A DNA stretch of 64,000 nucleotides, taken from the NCBI GenBank assembly GCA_031549495.1, contig JAVBPS010000041.1, forward strand, positions 9,121-73,120. Direction: 5' to 3'. Below the pieces are notes generated by a model that saw nothing but the letters and a program-made list of their open reading frames with translations, did no database searches and was not told where the DNA came from. Made by a program: the position numbers and the translations under genes. Shown in pieces: positions 17,698 through 26,283 of this stretch. Origin of the DNA: Rikenellaceae bacterium. GTDB lineage: Bacteria > Bacteroidota > Bacteroidia > Bacteroidales > Rikenellaceae. The stretch's first letter is position 1; every line of letters starts with the position of its first letter.

Positions 17698-19590
17698 ATG
17701 AAAAACCACGGTTTACTCATCGGATTTATGGCCGCACTGCTGGCCCTGGCCTCGCTCGCCATGGGTTGCAAGGACGACGACGGCGCGGCGGTGGACCTCA
17801 CGGTCGCGGTGGACGCGCCGGGGACGGTCGCCGTCCTGGAAACGGGCGGGTATGTGGACGTAGAGGTCGAATCCAACGCCCTTTGGTACGTCTACCTGCC
17901 CGACGAGAGCAAGAGCTGGCTCTCGGCCTCGCCCGACCGCGGCGAAGGGAAGGTCTCCGTCCGGCTCACGGCGGCGGAGTGCACCGACGCGCCCCGGCAG
18001 GCGGCTGTGAAATTCGTCATGCAGGACGGCACGTACAGCCAGGTGCTCATCACCCAGGAGGAGATCAAGATCCTCAAAACGATCAGCGCGATCCGCGCCC
18101 TGAAAGCCAATATCCCCGCCGGCAGCACGACCTACACGATCACCGACAGTTGGAAGGTCTCCGGCTACGTGATGTCGGACAACACGACCGCCCACCTGGA
18201 GGGCAACCAACTGGCCGTCCAGGACGGTACGGCAATCTCCTGCGGACTGATGGTCAACCTGACGGGGGCCACTTCGCACACCTTCGCCCGGGGCGATAAG
18301 GTCGACATGGTGGTCAAGGGTGGAACGCTCACCCTGGAGAACGGGCAGCTCTCGATCGCCGTGCCCGTTACGTCCGTCACCAAAATCGACGCTGCGGCTG
18401 CGGCCCCCGCGGCTGTCGCCGTCGTGCCTTCGGCGCTGGCCGACTACGAATCGATGTACGTGGCCGTGGCCAACAGCCAGGTGAAGAACTCATCACTCTC
18501 GCTTGCGAAACTCAACGACGGCACCAACCCCGTGATCGGCATGGAAGCCGAGGGGAGTGAACTGGACTTCGCGATGTTCGTGCGCGCCGGGGCCACCTTC
18601 AGCGGCAACGCCGTCCCGCAGGGCAACGGCACCCTGAAAGGCCTCGCGACGATAGGCGCCACGGGCCAGGTGCGCCCCACGGCCGCCTCGGACCTCGCGA
18701 CAATGACCGGGACGCGTTACGTGGCCCCGATGTCGTTCGTCCCGCTGACCCTCACGGGCAGCTATTTCACCGGACAGGCCGCCGCGGGCACCGTCACGCT
18801 CAGCTACGACAAGGCGGACGTGGGCGGCAGTTACAGCTACGCGATCGAACTCACGGGCGACGCCGCCGCGGGCCTGAACGTTACGCAAAGCCCGAAGACC
18901 GGACAATTCACCGCCGCCTCGGGTACGATCACCTTCAACATCACCGGCACGCCGACCACGGCCGGGCTGATCCATGTTTCGGTCTCCGGGACCGGCCTGA
19001 CCAACCCGCTCACCGCTACGATCGACGTGATCGTGCCGGAACCCGAGAAGCCTTACGTGGTCGCTTCGTGGGTCTTCAGCGCCGCACCCGGCCTGAACCT
19101 GCCGGTGGTCTCGTCGAGCAAGGATACCGATATGGCGACCGACGCCACGCTCTACACCGAAGGGCGTTCGCAGAACGACACCTACAAATCGTTCGGGGCG
19201 GCGCAAGGCATATTCACCTCCGACGGCTGGGCGCAAAACGCCGCCTGGGTGATGAAACTGCCCCTGAAGAGCCCCATCGCCGCGGGAGGCAGGATCGAAG
19301 TGAAGTACGTCATCTTCGCCCCCAGCGGGCAGGGCGGTTCGCCCAAGAACTGGCAGGCGGAATTCTCCACCGACAACACCAACTGGACGGCCATCGGCGA
19401 CCTCGGCGTGTCGATCGTCAACAGCCCGACCAACGAGATCACCCGTGAATATACGCTGCTCACGAAGATCGAGAAAGGGATCATTTACGTGCGCCTGCGG
19501 GTGGAAGGGAGCACGGCGGCCAACGGCGGCACGACGATCAACGCGGCCCAGACCGTAAGTTTAGGTAAACCGACCATTACGATCCGATAA
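17698..19590 (+). CDS. BACON-domain surface lipoprotein with additional Ig-like and putative glycan-binding domains
   Basis: 630 aa. Lipobox LAMGC. BACON-like segment VEVESNALWYVYLPDESKSWLSASPDRGEGKVSVRLTAAECTDAPRQAAVKFVM, followed by OB/Ig-like repeats. Confidence 0.7.
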   Translation: MKNHGLLIGFMAALLALASLAMGCKDDDGAAVDLTVAVDAPGTVAVLETGGYVDVEVESNALWYVYLPDESKSWLSASPDRGEGKVSVRLTAAECTDAPRQAAVKFVMQDGTYSQVLITQEEIKILKTISAIRALKANIPAGSTTYTITDSWKVSGYVMSDNTTAHLEGNQLAVQDGTAISCGLMVNLTGATSHTFARGDKVDMVVKGGTLTLENGQLSIAVPVTSVTKIDAAAAAPAAVAVVPSALADYESMYVAVANSQVKNSSLSLAKLNDGTNPVIGMEAEGSELDFAMFVRAGATFSGNAVPQGNGTLKGLATIGATGQVRPTAASDLATMTGTRYVAPMSFVPLTLTGSYFTGQAAAGTVTLSYDKADVGGSYSYAIELTGDAAAGLNVTQSPKTGQFTAASGTITFNITGTPTTAGLIHVSVSGTGLTNPLTATIDVIVPEPEKPYVVASWVFSAAPGLNLPVVSSSKDTDMATDATLYTEGRSQNDTYKSFGAAQGIFTSDGWAQNAAWVMKLPLKSPIAAGGRIEVKYVIFAPSGQGGSPKNWQAEFSTDNTNWTAIGDLGVSIVNSPTNEITREYTLLTKIEKGIIYVRLRVEGSTAANGGTTINAAQTVSLGKPTITIR

Positions 19591-20504
19591 TGCGCACGGC
19601 AGGTATAATCTTATTGGCAGCGATGCTCTGGACGGCGGTTCCCTCCGCCGCCCAGACCCCGCTGTGGCAGGGGAAGGGGCGTATCGCCATCTCCTCGGAC
19701 GGCAACGAGCACGACCACGACGACTGGGCCGCCACACCCCTCTCGCTCGCCCTGCTCGCCGCGGAAGGGTTGCAGGACCACCTGGTCCTCTACACCTACA
19801 GCGACCACGTCTGGGGCAGCAACCGCAAGCACCCCTCGATGCACGGGATGAGCGCTTATGAACACATGAAGGAGAGCGCGCTGGGTGGCCGGAAATGGTT
19901 CGGGTTCGATAATTCGTGTTTCATCTGCGCGGTGGACGATCCCGAGCGCGCCTACAACGCCATGCGGGACGCGATCAACGCCTCTACGGAGTCCGATCCG
20001 CTGATCATCATCGCCGCCGGCCCGATGCAGGTCGTGGGCGAGGGGATCAGCCGGGCCGAACGCTGCAAACTGCGTTACGTGACCCTACTCTCGCATTCCC
20101 ACTGGAACAACACCCACAGCGACACCCCCGACAAGGCCGACTGGGACGACCACACCGGCTGGACCTGGGCCAAGATCCGCGAAGGGTTCGAAGCCCCCGA
20201 AAAGGGCGGCCTGCACTGCGTGAAGATCCTCGACCAGAACAGCGGGGCGGATTACGCCGGTTTCAACACGGCCAAAGAGCGTTTCGATTGGGTCCGCGAC
20301 TCTCCCGCGCGCAACAATCCGCTCTACAAGCCCGGCAGTTGGGACTGGCTCTACGGGCGGCTGTCGACCTGTCTGAAGGCGCAGGGGAAGAATTTCGACC
20401 CCTCGGACGCCGGGATGGTGGTCTACCTGCTCACGGGGGTCGAGAAGACCGACCCCGATATGGCTCGGGCGATCATGGAAAACCCGAAACCGGGAATGAA
20501 ATAA
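19590..20504 (+). CDS. Secreted hypothetical protein, possibly nucleoside-hydrolase-like fold
   Basis: 304 aa. Signal peptide (AVPSAAQ). N-terminal ISSDGNEHDHDDWAATPLSLALLAA loosely resembles the DxDxxxDD motif of IUNH/DUF1593-type folds. The start overlaps the upstream stop by 1 nt (TAATG). Confidence 0.35.
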   Translation: MRTAGIILLAAMLWTAVPSAAQTPLWQGKGRIAISSDGNEHDHDDWAATPLSLALLAAEGLQDHLVLYTYSDHVWGSNRKHPSMHGMSAYEHMKESALGGRKWFGFDNSCFICAVDDPERAYNAMRDAINASTESDPLIIIAAGPMQVVGEGISRAERCKLRYVTLLSHSHWNNTHSDTPDKADWDDHTGWTWAKIREGFEAPEKGGLHCVKILDQNSGADYAGFNTAKERFDWVRDSPARNNPLYKPGSWDWLYGRLSTCLKAQGKNFDPSDAGMVVYLLTGVEKTDPDMARAIMENPKPGMK

Positions 20505-20532
20505 AATCGTTTTTCCGTATTTTTATACGTTT

Positions 20533-20617
20533 GTCATTCGGCAGCGAAGTGAAGAATCTTGGTCGGAACAGTTCTATACACAGCCTGACCAAGATTCTTC
20601 ACTTCGTTCAGAATGAC
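20533..20617. repeat. Palindromic intergenic repeat, family copy 2
   Basis: GTCATTCGGCAGCGAAGTGAAGAATCTTGGTC (20533..20564) pairs with GACCAAGATTCTTCACTTCGTTCAGAATGAC (20587..20617). The inner 20 bp are perfect. It lies 29 nt after the stop at 20504. Confidence 0.85.
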
Positions 20618-20645
20618 AATACAATGATTAATAAATCCGAATAAA

Positions 20646-22073
20646 ATGAATATTCAAATTCGAAACGCCGCATTCGCGCTTTTAGCCGTGGCCGTGCTCT
20701 GCGGCTGCGCCAAACCGCCCCGCATCGTGCAGGCGGTCCACTCTTCCCCGGCCGGGCAATGGGTCGAGGCCCTGCCTGAAAACCGGCAGGGCGTGAAGGG
20801 CGAAACCGCCGCGGTGGTGATCGACACCGCCCGCACGCTCCAGCGCATCGAAGGCTTCGGGGCCTGCTTCAGCGAGTTGGGCTGGACGGCCCTCTCGGCG
20901 CTCGGCGAGGAGCAGCGCGAGGCGGTCATGCATGAACTTTTCGCCCCCGACGGAGGTTGCCGCTTCACCGTCTGCCGCATGCCCATCGGGGCCAACGATT
21001 TCGCGCGCGACTGGTACTCCTACTGCGAGCGGCCGGGCGATCTGGCGATGGAAAGTTTTTCGATCGACCGCGACCGGCAGGTGCTGATCCCGTTCATCAG
21101 GGCCGCACAGGCGCAGAACCCCGCGATCGCCATCTGGGCCTCGCCCTGGTGCCCGCCCGCGTGGATGAAGAGCACCGGCCACTACGCCTGCCGCCCCCAT
21201 CCCGTGAAGAACGGCCTGAAAGGCGACCCGAAGACCAACACCGAGGGGAGCGACCTGTTCATCATGCGACCCGAATACCTGGAAGCCTACGCGCTCTACT
21301 TCGGCAAATTCATCGACGCCTACCGCCAGGAGGGGATCGACATCTTCGCCGTAGCGCCGCAGAACGAATTCAACTCGTGCCAGGTCTTCCCGAGCTGCAC
21401 CTGGACAGCCGGGAGCCTCGCGCGGTTCATCGGCGGCTACCTCGGTGAAGCGATGGCCTCGCGCGGGGTGGAGGTCATCTTCGGGACGATGGAGCGCGCG
21501 AACGTCGCGTTGGCCGACACCGTACTCTCGGATCCCGCAGCCGCGCCTTACATCACATGGGCCGGATTCCAATGGCGCGGCAAGGGCGCCATAGCGGAGG
21601 TGCACGAAAAATATCCGCACCTGCGCCTCATGCAGACCGAAAGCGAATGCGGCGACGGGGGCAACACGTGGGAGTTCTGCATGCACACTTGGGATCTGGT
21701 GAAGCACTACCTGCGCAGCGGCGCCTCGGTCTACGAATACTGGAACGTCGCGCTGGCCGCGGACGCCAACAGCCGGTGGGGATGGCGGCAGAATTCGCTC
21801 GTCACCGTGGATACGCTCGCGGGCACGTTGCGCTATAACCCGGAATTTTACCTGATGAAACATCTCGGCCGCTTCATCGCCCCGGGCGCCATGCTGCTCG
21901 ACACCCCGGCGGAGCAGGATATGCTGGCCTTTCGGAATCCCGACGGCAGCATAGCCGTCGTGAGCGCGAATCAGGAGGCTGAGGCTGCGGAATTCAGTTT
22001 TTCGGCCTTGGGGCGCACCTGGACGGTGACGCTACCGGGGGGCAGCATCCATACCGTGCTTGTCGGACGGTAG
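20646..22073 (+). CDS. Glycoside hydrolase family 30 (glucosylceramidase-like)
   Basis: 475 aa. Lipobox LCGC. Motifs IEGFGACFSELGW, ASPWCPPAWMKS, AVAPQNEFNS (acid/base region) and LMQTESECGD (nucleophile region). Confidence 0.88.
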   Translation: MNIQIRNAAFALLAVAVLCGCAKPPRIVQAVHSSPAGQWVEALPENRQGVKGETAAVVIDTARTLQRIEGFGACFSELGWTALSALGEEQREAVMHELFAPDGGCRFTVCRMPIGANDFARDWYSYCERPGDLAMESFSIDRDRQVLIPFIRAAQAQNPAIAIWASPWCPPAWMKSTGHYACRPHPVKNGLKGDPKTNTEGSDLFIMRPEYLEAYALYFGKFIDAYRQEGIDIFAVAPQNEFNSCQVFPSCTWTAGSLARFIGGYLGEAMASRGVEVIFGTMERANVALADTVLSDPAAAPYITWAGFQWRGKGAIAEVHEKYPHLRLMQTESECGDGGNTWEFCMHTWDLVKHYLRSGASVYEYWNVALAADANSRWGWRQNSLVTVDTLAGTLRYNPEFYLMKHLGRFIAPGAMLLDTPAEQDMLAFRNPDGSIAVVSANQEAEAAEFSFSALGRTWTVTLPGGSIHTVLVGR

Positions 22074-22111
22074 AGCCGGGGGCGGCGCGAACGAAGTGTC
22101 GGACTAAACCA

Positions 22112-22132
22112 CCATGCACTTTCAGTGCATGG
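22112..22132 (+). terminator. Hairpin after the GH30 gene (9-bp stem CCATGCACT/AGTGCATGG, loop TTC)
   Basis: A perfect stem 39 nt after the stop, followed by GTTTAATAG. The weak T-tract makes the intrinsic-terminator call tentative. Confidence 0.45.
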
Positions 22133-22164
22133 GTTTAATAGAAAAGAATGAAATTCTTCCTTTT

Positions 22165-22231
22165 GTCATTCTGAACGCAGTGAAGAATCTCAGACAGCCG
22201 TTTTGAGATTCTTCACTGCGTTCAGAATGGC
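22165..22231. repeat. Palindromic intergenic repeat, family copy 3 (28-bp stem with 1 mismatch, 11-nt loop)
   Basis: GTCATTCTGAACGCAGTGAAGAATCTCA (22165..22192) pairs with TGAGATTCTTCACTGCGTTCAGAATGGC (22204..22231). It has the same GTCATTC...GTGAAGAATCT core as copies 1 and 2. Confidence 0.85.
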
Positions 22232-22402
22232 AAAAAAGGTTTATACAAACTAAAGTAGCCGCAATAAATTGCGGGGTTTTAACCCGGTTCTGAAACAATA
22301 AACCACCTTTAAAGGGTATAGATAACGACCGGAAGCCCTGTCCACTCGCCCTGAGGAGACTAAAACCGCAGTACAGGAGTCCGGACGTGCAACGGGCGGG
22401 GT

Positions 22403-23371
22403 TTATTTTCCCCGAAAGATAACGCTGTAAGCTCCGGTCGGAGTGATGTAGTCGGTGCTGAAAACCCGCTGGCTATCCACGGTGCGGCTTTTGCCGTAGA
22501 CGATGCTGCGGCCGGCATGGCCTACGTCGTCCACTTCGACCTGCCGCCAGGCGCAAGGAACCTTGAGCGTTTTAGCGACCTGTCTGCCGGATTTAAAAAA
22601 TGCCCTTCCCCGGTCGAAGCGCGTCGCTCCCTCGGCCAGCGCCCCGGCGTCGGTGGGCACGCTGCTGCCCGAGGTGGCCAGGTCGGCGTTGCCCAAATGC
22701 ACCACCAGCGGCGCGGCCAGGAAACCTTTTATATGCTCTTCGGTGGCGAAAGGCGATCCCTTGACCGAGTAGGGCCAGCCGTAGGCGTTGCCGTCCTTGT
22801 CTTTGATCCCGTCGGCCAGGGGGAACGTCCAGCTTCCCGGGTTCGAGGCCACGGCCAGACGGATGCGCGCCGCGGGCATCGCCAGCACCATGCGGTGGGT
22901 GAACTGCCCCCCGGCCGAGTGGCCCCACAGGTCATACTGCGCCGCGGCGCTGCCTGTTTTTGCCCGGAAGTCGTCGAAGATGGCCTCGATCGTGTTGTAG
23001 GTCCATTTTTCGGGCGGGTTGAGCCGGGTGAAGGTCGCGTCGGTGAAAACCCCGCCGAACTGGTAGTCGTTCTCGAGGTACCCGTTCTTGTGGGTGAACT
23101 CGGGCGCGATCACCACGAATCCGTCCTCCTCGGCGAAATAGCGCCATGTGCCGATCACGCTCGCCGCGTCGCGGTCGGCGCCGTGCATGGCCATCAGTAC
23201 GCGCATCTGCGCGATGTCGCCCTTCGAGGGGATGTAATAACGCACTACGATCGGCTTGTCGGCCAGCGGCGCGTAGAGGGTGTATTCGAATTCCCCTTCG
23301 CCGCGCTGCCACTGGGCGTGCAGGGGCGCTGTGAGCGCCAGCAGGAAAAACAGGAAAAACAGTCGTTTCAT
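22403..23371 (-). CDS. Secreted alpha/beta-hydrolase esterase (PHB-depolymerase/CE1-like), paralog 1
   Basis: 322 aa. Signal peptide (APLHAQ), VLMAMHGADRDA...GFVVIAPEF and nucleophile elbow LWGHSAGGQF. Collinear with 25331..26281 at roughly 40% identity by eye. Confidence 0.75.
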   Translation of the reverse strand: MKRLFFLFFLLALTAPLHAQWQRGEGEFEYTLYAPLADKPIVVRYYIPSKGDIAQMRVLMAMHGADRDAASVIGTWRYFAEEDGFVVIAPEFTHKNGYLENDYQFGGVFTDATFTRLNPPEKWTYNTIEAIFDDFRAKTGSAAAQYDLWGHSAGGQFTHRMVLAMPAARIRLAVASNPGSWTFPLADGIKDKDGNAYGWPYSVKGSPFATEEHIKGFLAAPLVVHLGNADLATSGSSVPTDAGALAEGATRFDRGRAFFKSGRQVAKTLKVPCAWRQVEVDDVGHAGRSIVYGKSRTVDSQRVFSTDYITPTGAYSVIFRGK

Positions 23372-23391
23372 GGCGGTTTCGGTTTATTTCA

Positions 23392-23530
23392 ACGTGAGCT
23401 TTGGATTGGCAAGACTCACGTTATTTTGTGCTGATAACCCCACCCAAACCCTCCCCTCTCAAGGGGAGGGCTTTGCAAACGGCCTTACGGCCGTTTGCGG
23501 AAGAGGTAACTCTGCTTCTTAAGCAGAGTT
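23392..23530. repeat. Cluster of four consecutive hairpins between the ECF sigma stop and the esterase-1 start
   Basis: ACGTGAG/CTCACGT (23392..23421), CCCTCCCC-tctcaa-GGGGAGGG (23449..23470), GCAAACGGCC-ttac-GGCCGTTTGC (23475..23498), AACTCTGCTT-ctt-AAGCAGAGTT (23508..23530). All stems are perfect. Confidence 0.8.
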
Positions 23531-23534
23531 CACG

Positions 23535-24101
23535 TCATTTTATGTCGTCCCACAGCCGGCGGTAACGTTCCAGTTGCAGGCGCAGTCTCTTGTGGGCGGT
23601 TTTCTTCAAGGCGCGCACCGTCTCGCGGGCAATACCGATGGTCCCGGCGATCTGGCCGGTGGCTTTGCCCGAGAGGCTGAGCAGCATCACCTCGCGCGTG
23701 CGGGGCGGCAGGGCGTCGATCTTGCTGCGCAGCATGCGGTAGATTTCCGCTTCGACCATCCGGTCCGAGTCTTCCGTGCCGTCGACGATGGCCTGGGACG
23801 CGACTGCGTCCGCCACCGCCGGGGCATGGCGCTCCACCATCCGGCGGCGTTCCATTTCGTTGAGCATCGCGTTGCGCGTGACGGTGTAGAGGAATGAGCG
23901 GATCTTGCGCAGTTCGTCGAACTCCTCGCGGCGCAACCAGTATTTGACCAGACTCTCCTGGGCCACGTCTTCAGCCACCCCGCCGTCGGGGATGTAGGTG
24001 CGCGCGAAGTTGCGCAAAGGGACGTAAAAGCTCTCGAACAGGAGTCGGAAAGCCTCCATATCCCCCCGGATGATGCGCGGTATGTCAAAATGCCGCTCCA
24101 T
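23535..24101 (-). CDS. ECF-type RNA polymerase sigma-70 factor
   Basis: 188 aa. Region 2 (FARTYIPDGGVAEDVAQESLVKYW) and region 4 HTH (REVMLLSLSGKATGQIAGTIGIARETVRALKKTAHKRL). The start lies 3 nt after the upstream hydrolase stop. Confidence 0.93.
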   Translation of the reverse strand: MERHFDIPRIIRGDMEAFRLLFESFYVPLRNFARTYIPDGGVAEDVAQESLVKYWLRREEFDELRKIRSFLYTVTRNAMLNEMERRRMVERHAPAVADAVASQAIVDGTEDSDRMVEAEIYRMLRSKIDALPPRTREVMLLSLSGKATGQIAGTIGIARETVRALKKTAHKRLRLQLERYRRLWDDIK

Positions 24102-24104
24102 GGG

Positions 24105-25175
24105 TTAGTTGAATCGGTATCCCGCCTCGCGCATCTCGGCTTCGGAGGCGAAAGGCTTCGCAGGGCGCAGGTAGCGCTCCAGGAATTTGTAGGCCAGAAA
24201 ACGTGCATCGGTCGCCTCGCGCGAGTCGATGCGGTCGAACAGGTGCGCTCCCGGCATCGGGCCGTAGACCTTGTACTCGAAATCCTTTTTATAGTGGGTC
24301 AGCGAATCGATCATCCGCTGCACTTCCTTGACGCTCACGTCGTCATCGTTCTCGGCGGTGGTGATCATCAGCGGGATGCGCAGGTCACGGGCATAGGTGA
24401 CGGGCGAACGGCGGGCGTACTCCCCGGGGGCCTCGGCGGGCAGCTTGCCGACGTGGTACGAGGCCGAGAATTCAGGCGCGTAGTCGTCCGACTGGTAGCT
24501 CAGGCGAAACGCGACGTCCGAAACGGGCACCCCGGCGTAGGCGCAGGCGTACAGGTCGGGATAGCGCAGGGCGTTCATCAGGCTGATCATCCCGCCGTGA
24601 CTCCATCCCAGCAGGCCTACGCGCGCCGGGTCGACGATCGAGTAATTCTCGACCATGTAGCGGGCGGCCGTCAGCACATCCTCGTTCTCCAGGCCGCCGT
24701 AGTCGATGGCGCGGTAGAACCCCCGGCCGTAGCCGGTGCTGCCGCGGTAGTCGGGCGCGACGACGATGTAGCCCTGGGCCATCAGCTCGCGGATCACGTG
24801 CGCGTAAACGGTGGTCAGCGTGCCGTGGATGCCGCCGTGCGAGAAAACCACCAGCGGGTATTTGCCGTCCCGGGAGGTCTCGCGCGGGAAGAAAATGTAG
24901 GACTGGAAGATCAGGTCGTTATCGAGCAGGGCGTCCTTGAACGCGTTGCCGGTCTTCTTTTGCACGGCGCGCGGCGGACCGGCCAGGCGCACCTTGTCGA
25001 CGAGGGCGACGTCGCCCACCTTTTCGAACCAGAGCAGATCCTCGAGTTTCTTGTCGAGCACGTCGAACGTGTGCTTGCGGTTTTCGATCGTCGAGGCGAT
25101 CCGCTCGATGGGTTCCTCGTCGTTGGAATAGTGGAGTGCGGGCAATACCACCAGAAGAAGTAAAAGAGGGTTCAT
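24105..25175 (-). CDS. Secreted S9-type (prolyl oligopeptidase/dipeptidyl peptidase catalytic-domain-like) alpha/beta serine hydrolase
   Basis: 356 aa. N-terminal hydrophobic signal, nucleophile elbow LLGWSHGGMISL, acidic ENDDDV and GAHLF (candidate Asp/His). It lacks the beta-propeller domain of full-length S9 peptidases. Confidence 0.8.
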   Translation of the reverse strand: MNPLLLLLVVLPALHYSNDEEPIERIASTIENRKHTFDVLDKKLEDLLWFEKVGDVALVDKVRLAGPPRAVQKKTGNAFKDALLDNDLIFQSYIFFPRETSRDGKYPLVVFSHGGIHGTLTTVYAHVIRELMAQGYIVVAPDYRGSTGYGRGFYRAIDYGGLENEDVLTAARYMVENYSIVDPARVGLLGWSHGGMISLMNALRYPDLYACAYAGVPVSDVAFRLSYQSDDYAPEFSASYHVGKLPAEAPGEYARRSPVTYARDLRIPLMITTAENDDDVSVKEVQRMIDSLTHYKKDFEYKVYGPMPGAHLFDRIDSREATDARFLAYKFLERYLRPAKPFASEAEMREAGYRFN

Positions 25176-25200
25176 GGTAGTCGGGATTTGGGTGTAAATT

Positions 25201-25208
25201 CAAAATTA
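25201..25208 (-). promoter_or_regulatory. Candidate -7 promoter box (TAATTTTG on the minus strand) for the S9-hydrolase/sigma operon
   Basis: A perfect TAnnTTTG ending 25 nt upstream of ATG 25175. Motif match only. Confidence 0.4.
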
Positions 25209-25330
25209 AATATTAAAAACCAGAATTTCCTCCTGAAAAAAGAAAAATTTCACCCGACGTAAAATTTTCCTGAAACCGCTAACCCATTTGCGCCGCTCAA
25301 CTGTTTTCTATAAAGAAGAGTTGCATCGAC

Positions 25331-26281
25331 ATGAATAATCCGGCATCCCGTATCCTGTTTTTCTTCCTTTTGCTGCTCGCCGCCTGCTCGGGCAAGAAGG
25401 AGGATCCCGCCCCGGCGCCCGAGGCTGAGCTGCACCGCGGCACGGACGTGGTCACCTACTCGTCCTACGCTCCGCTGGCCTCCAAGCCGGTGAAGTTGTG
25501 GTACTACATTCCCGACGAAGGCGATTTGCGCACGATGCCGATCCTTTTCGCGATGCATGGCTCGGACCGCGACGCCCAGAACCAGATCGCCACCTGGAAA
25601 ACGATCGCAGGCGAGCGGCAGGTGATGGTCTTCGCGCCGGAGTTCACCCGGGAGCTCTACCCGGCCGAGAGGGCCTACCAGTACGGCGGGGTCTCGCTGC
25701 AGGAGAACATCTACTCCCCCTTGCCGGCCGAAGAGTGGACCGTGCGCATGATCGAGAGCCTGTTCGACTACGTCCGCCGGCAAACCGGCAGCACGCAAAC
25801 CACCTACGACATCTGGGGCCATTCGGCCGGGGCGCAGTTCACCCACCGGCTGATGTTCTTCCTGCCCGCGGCGCGGGTGCGCATGGCCGTCTCGTCCAAC
25901 GCGGGGGTCTACCTGATCCCCACGGTCACGGGCTACGGCACGGACAACACCTACGGCTGGCCCTATTCACTCCGCTCGACTCCCTATACGCAGGATGACC
26001 TGAACGCATTCTTCGCCCGCAAGCTGATCGTGCACATCGGGACCGGGGACATCGTGGCGGACCAGTATTTCCCCTCCTCCGCCGCCGCGATGGCCCAGGG
26101 AGAGACGCGCTACGCCCGGGGAAAGTATTTCTATGAATTCGCCCGGCAGGCCGCCCTGGACGCCGGGGTGCCGTTCAACTGGGAAAAAGTCGAGGTGGCG
26201 GGCGTGCCCCACTCCTCGCGCCGGATGGTGCAGACCTCCGCGACCGGGGCCGCCGACCTGTTATATCCTAATTCGCTATAA
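25331..26281 (+). CDS. Secreted alpha/beta-hydrolase esterase (PHB-depolymerase/CE1-like) lipoprotein, paralog 2
   Basis: 316 aa. Lipobox LLAACS, ILFAMHGSDRDA...VMVFAPEF and IWGHSAGAQF. Its stop lies 2 nt before the anti-sigma ATG. Confidence 0.75.
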   Translation: MNNPASRILFFFLLLLAACSGKKEDPAPAPEAELHRGTDVVTYSSYAPLASKPVKLWYYIPDEGDLRTMPILFAMHGSDRDAQNQIATWKTIAGERQVMVFAPEFTRELYPAERAYQYGGVSLQENIYSPLPAEEWTVRMIESLFDYVRRQTGSTQTTYDIWGHSAGAQFTHRLMFFLPAARVRMAVSSNAGVYLIPTVTGYGTDNTYGWPYSLRSTPYTQDDLNAFFARKLIVHIGTGDIVADQYFPSSAAAMAQGETRYARGKYFYEFARQAALDAGVPFNWEKVEVAGVPHSSRRMVQTSATGAADLLYPNSL

Positions 26282-26283
26282 TT

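Noticed and set aside
5832-22231. The possibility that the GTCATTC...GAAGAATC repeats form a CRISPR array.
   Set aside because: The copies are about 15 kb and 1.5 kb apart, each is itself a hairpin (not a direct repeat with unique spacers), and no cas genes are present.
22240-22402. A possible small RNA in the convergent spacer between the GH30 and esterase-1 genes (hairpin CCGCAAT-aa-ATTGCGG near 22259..22274).
   Set aside because: There is only one short hairpin, with no promoter box and no conservation evidence available. It is most simply a 3' UTR/terminator region for the convergent genes.
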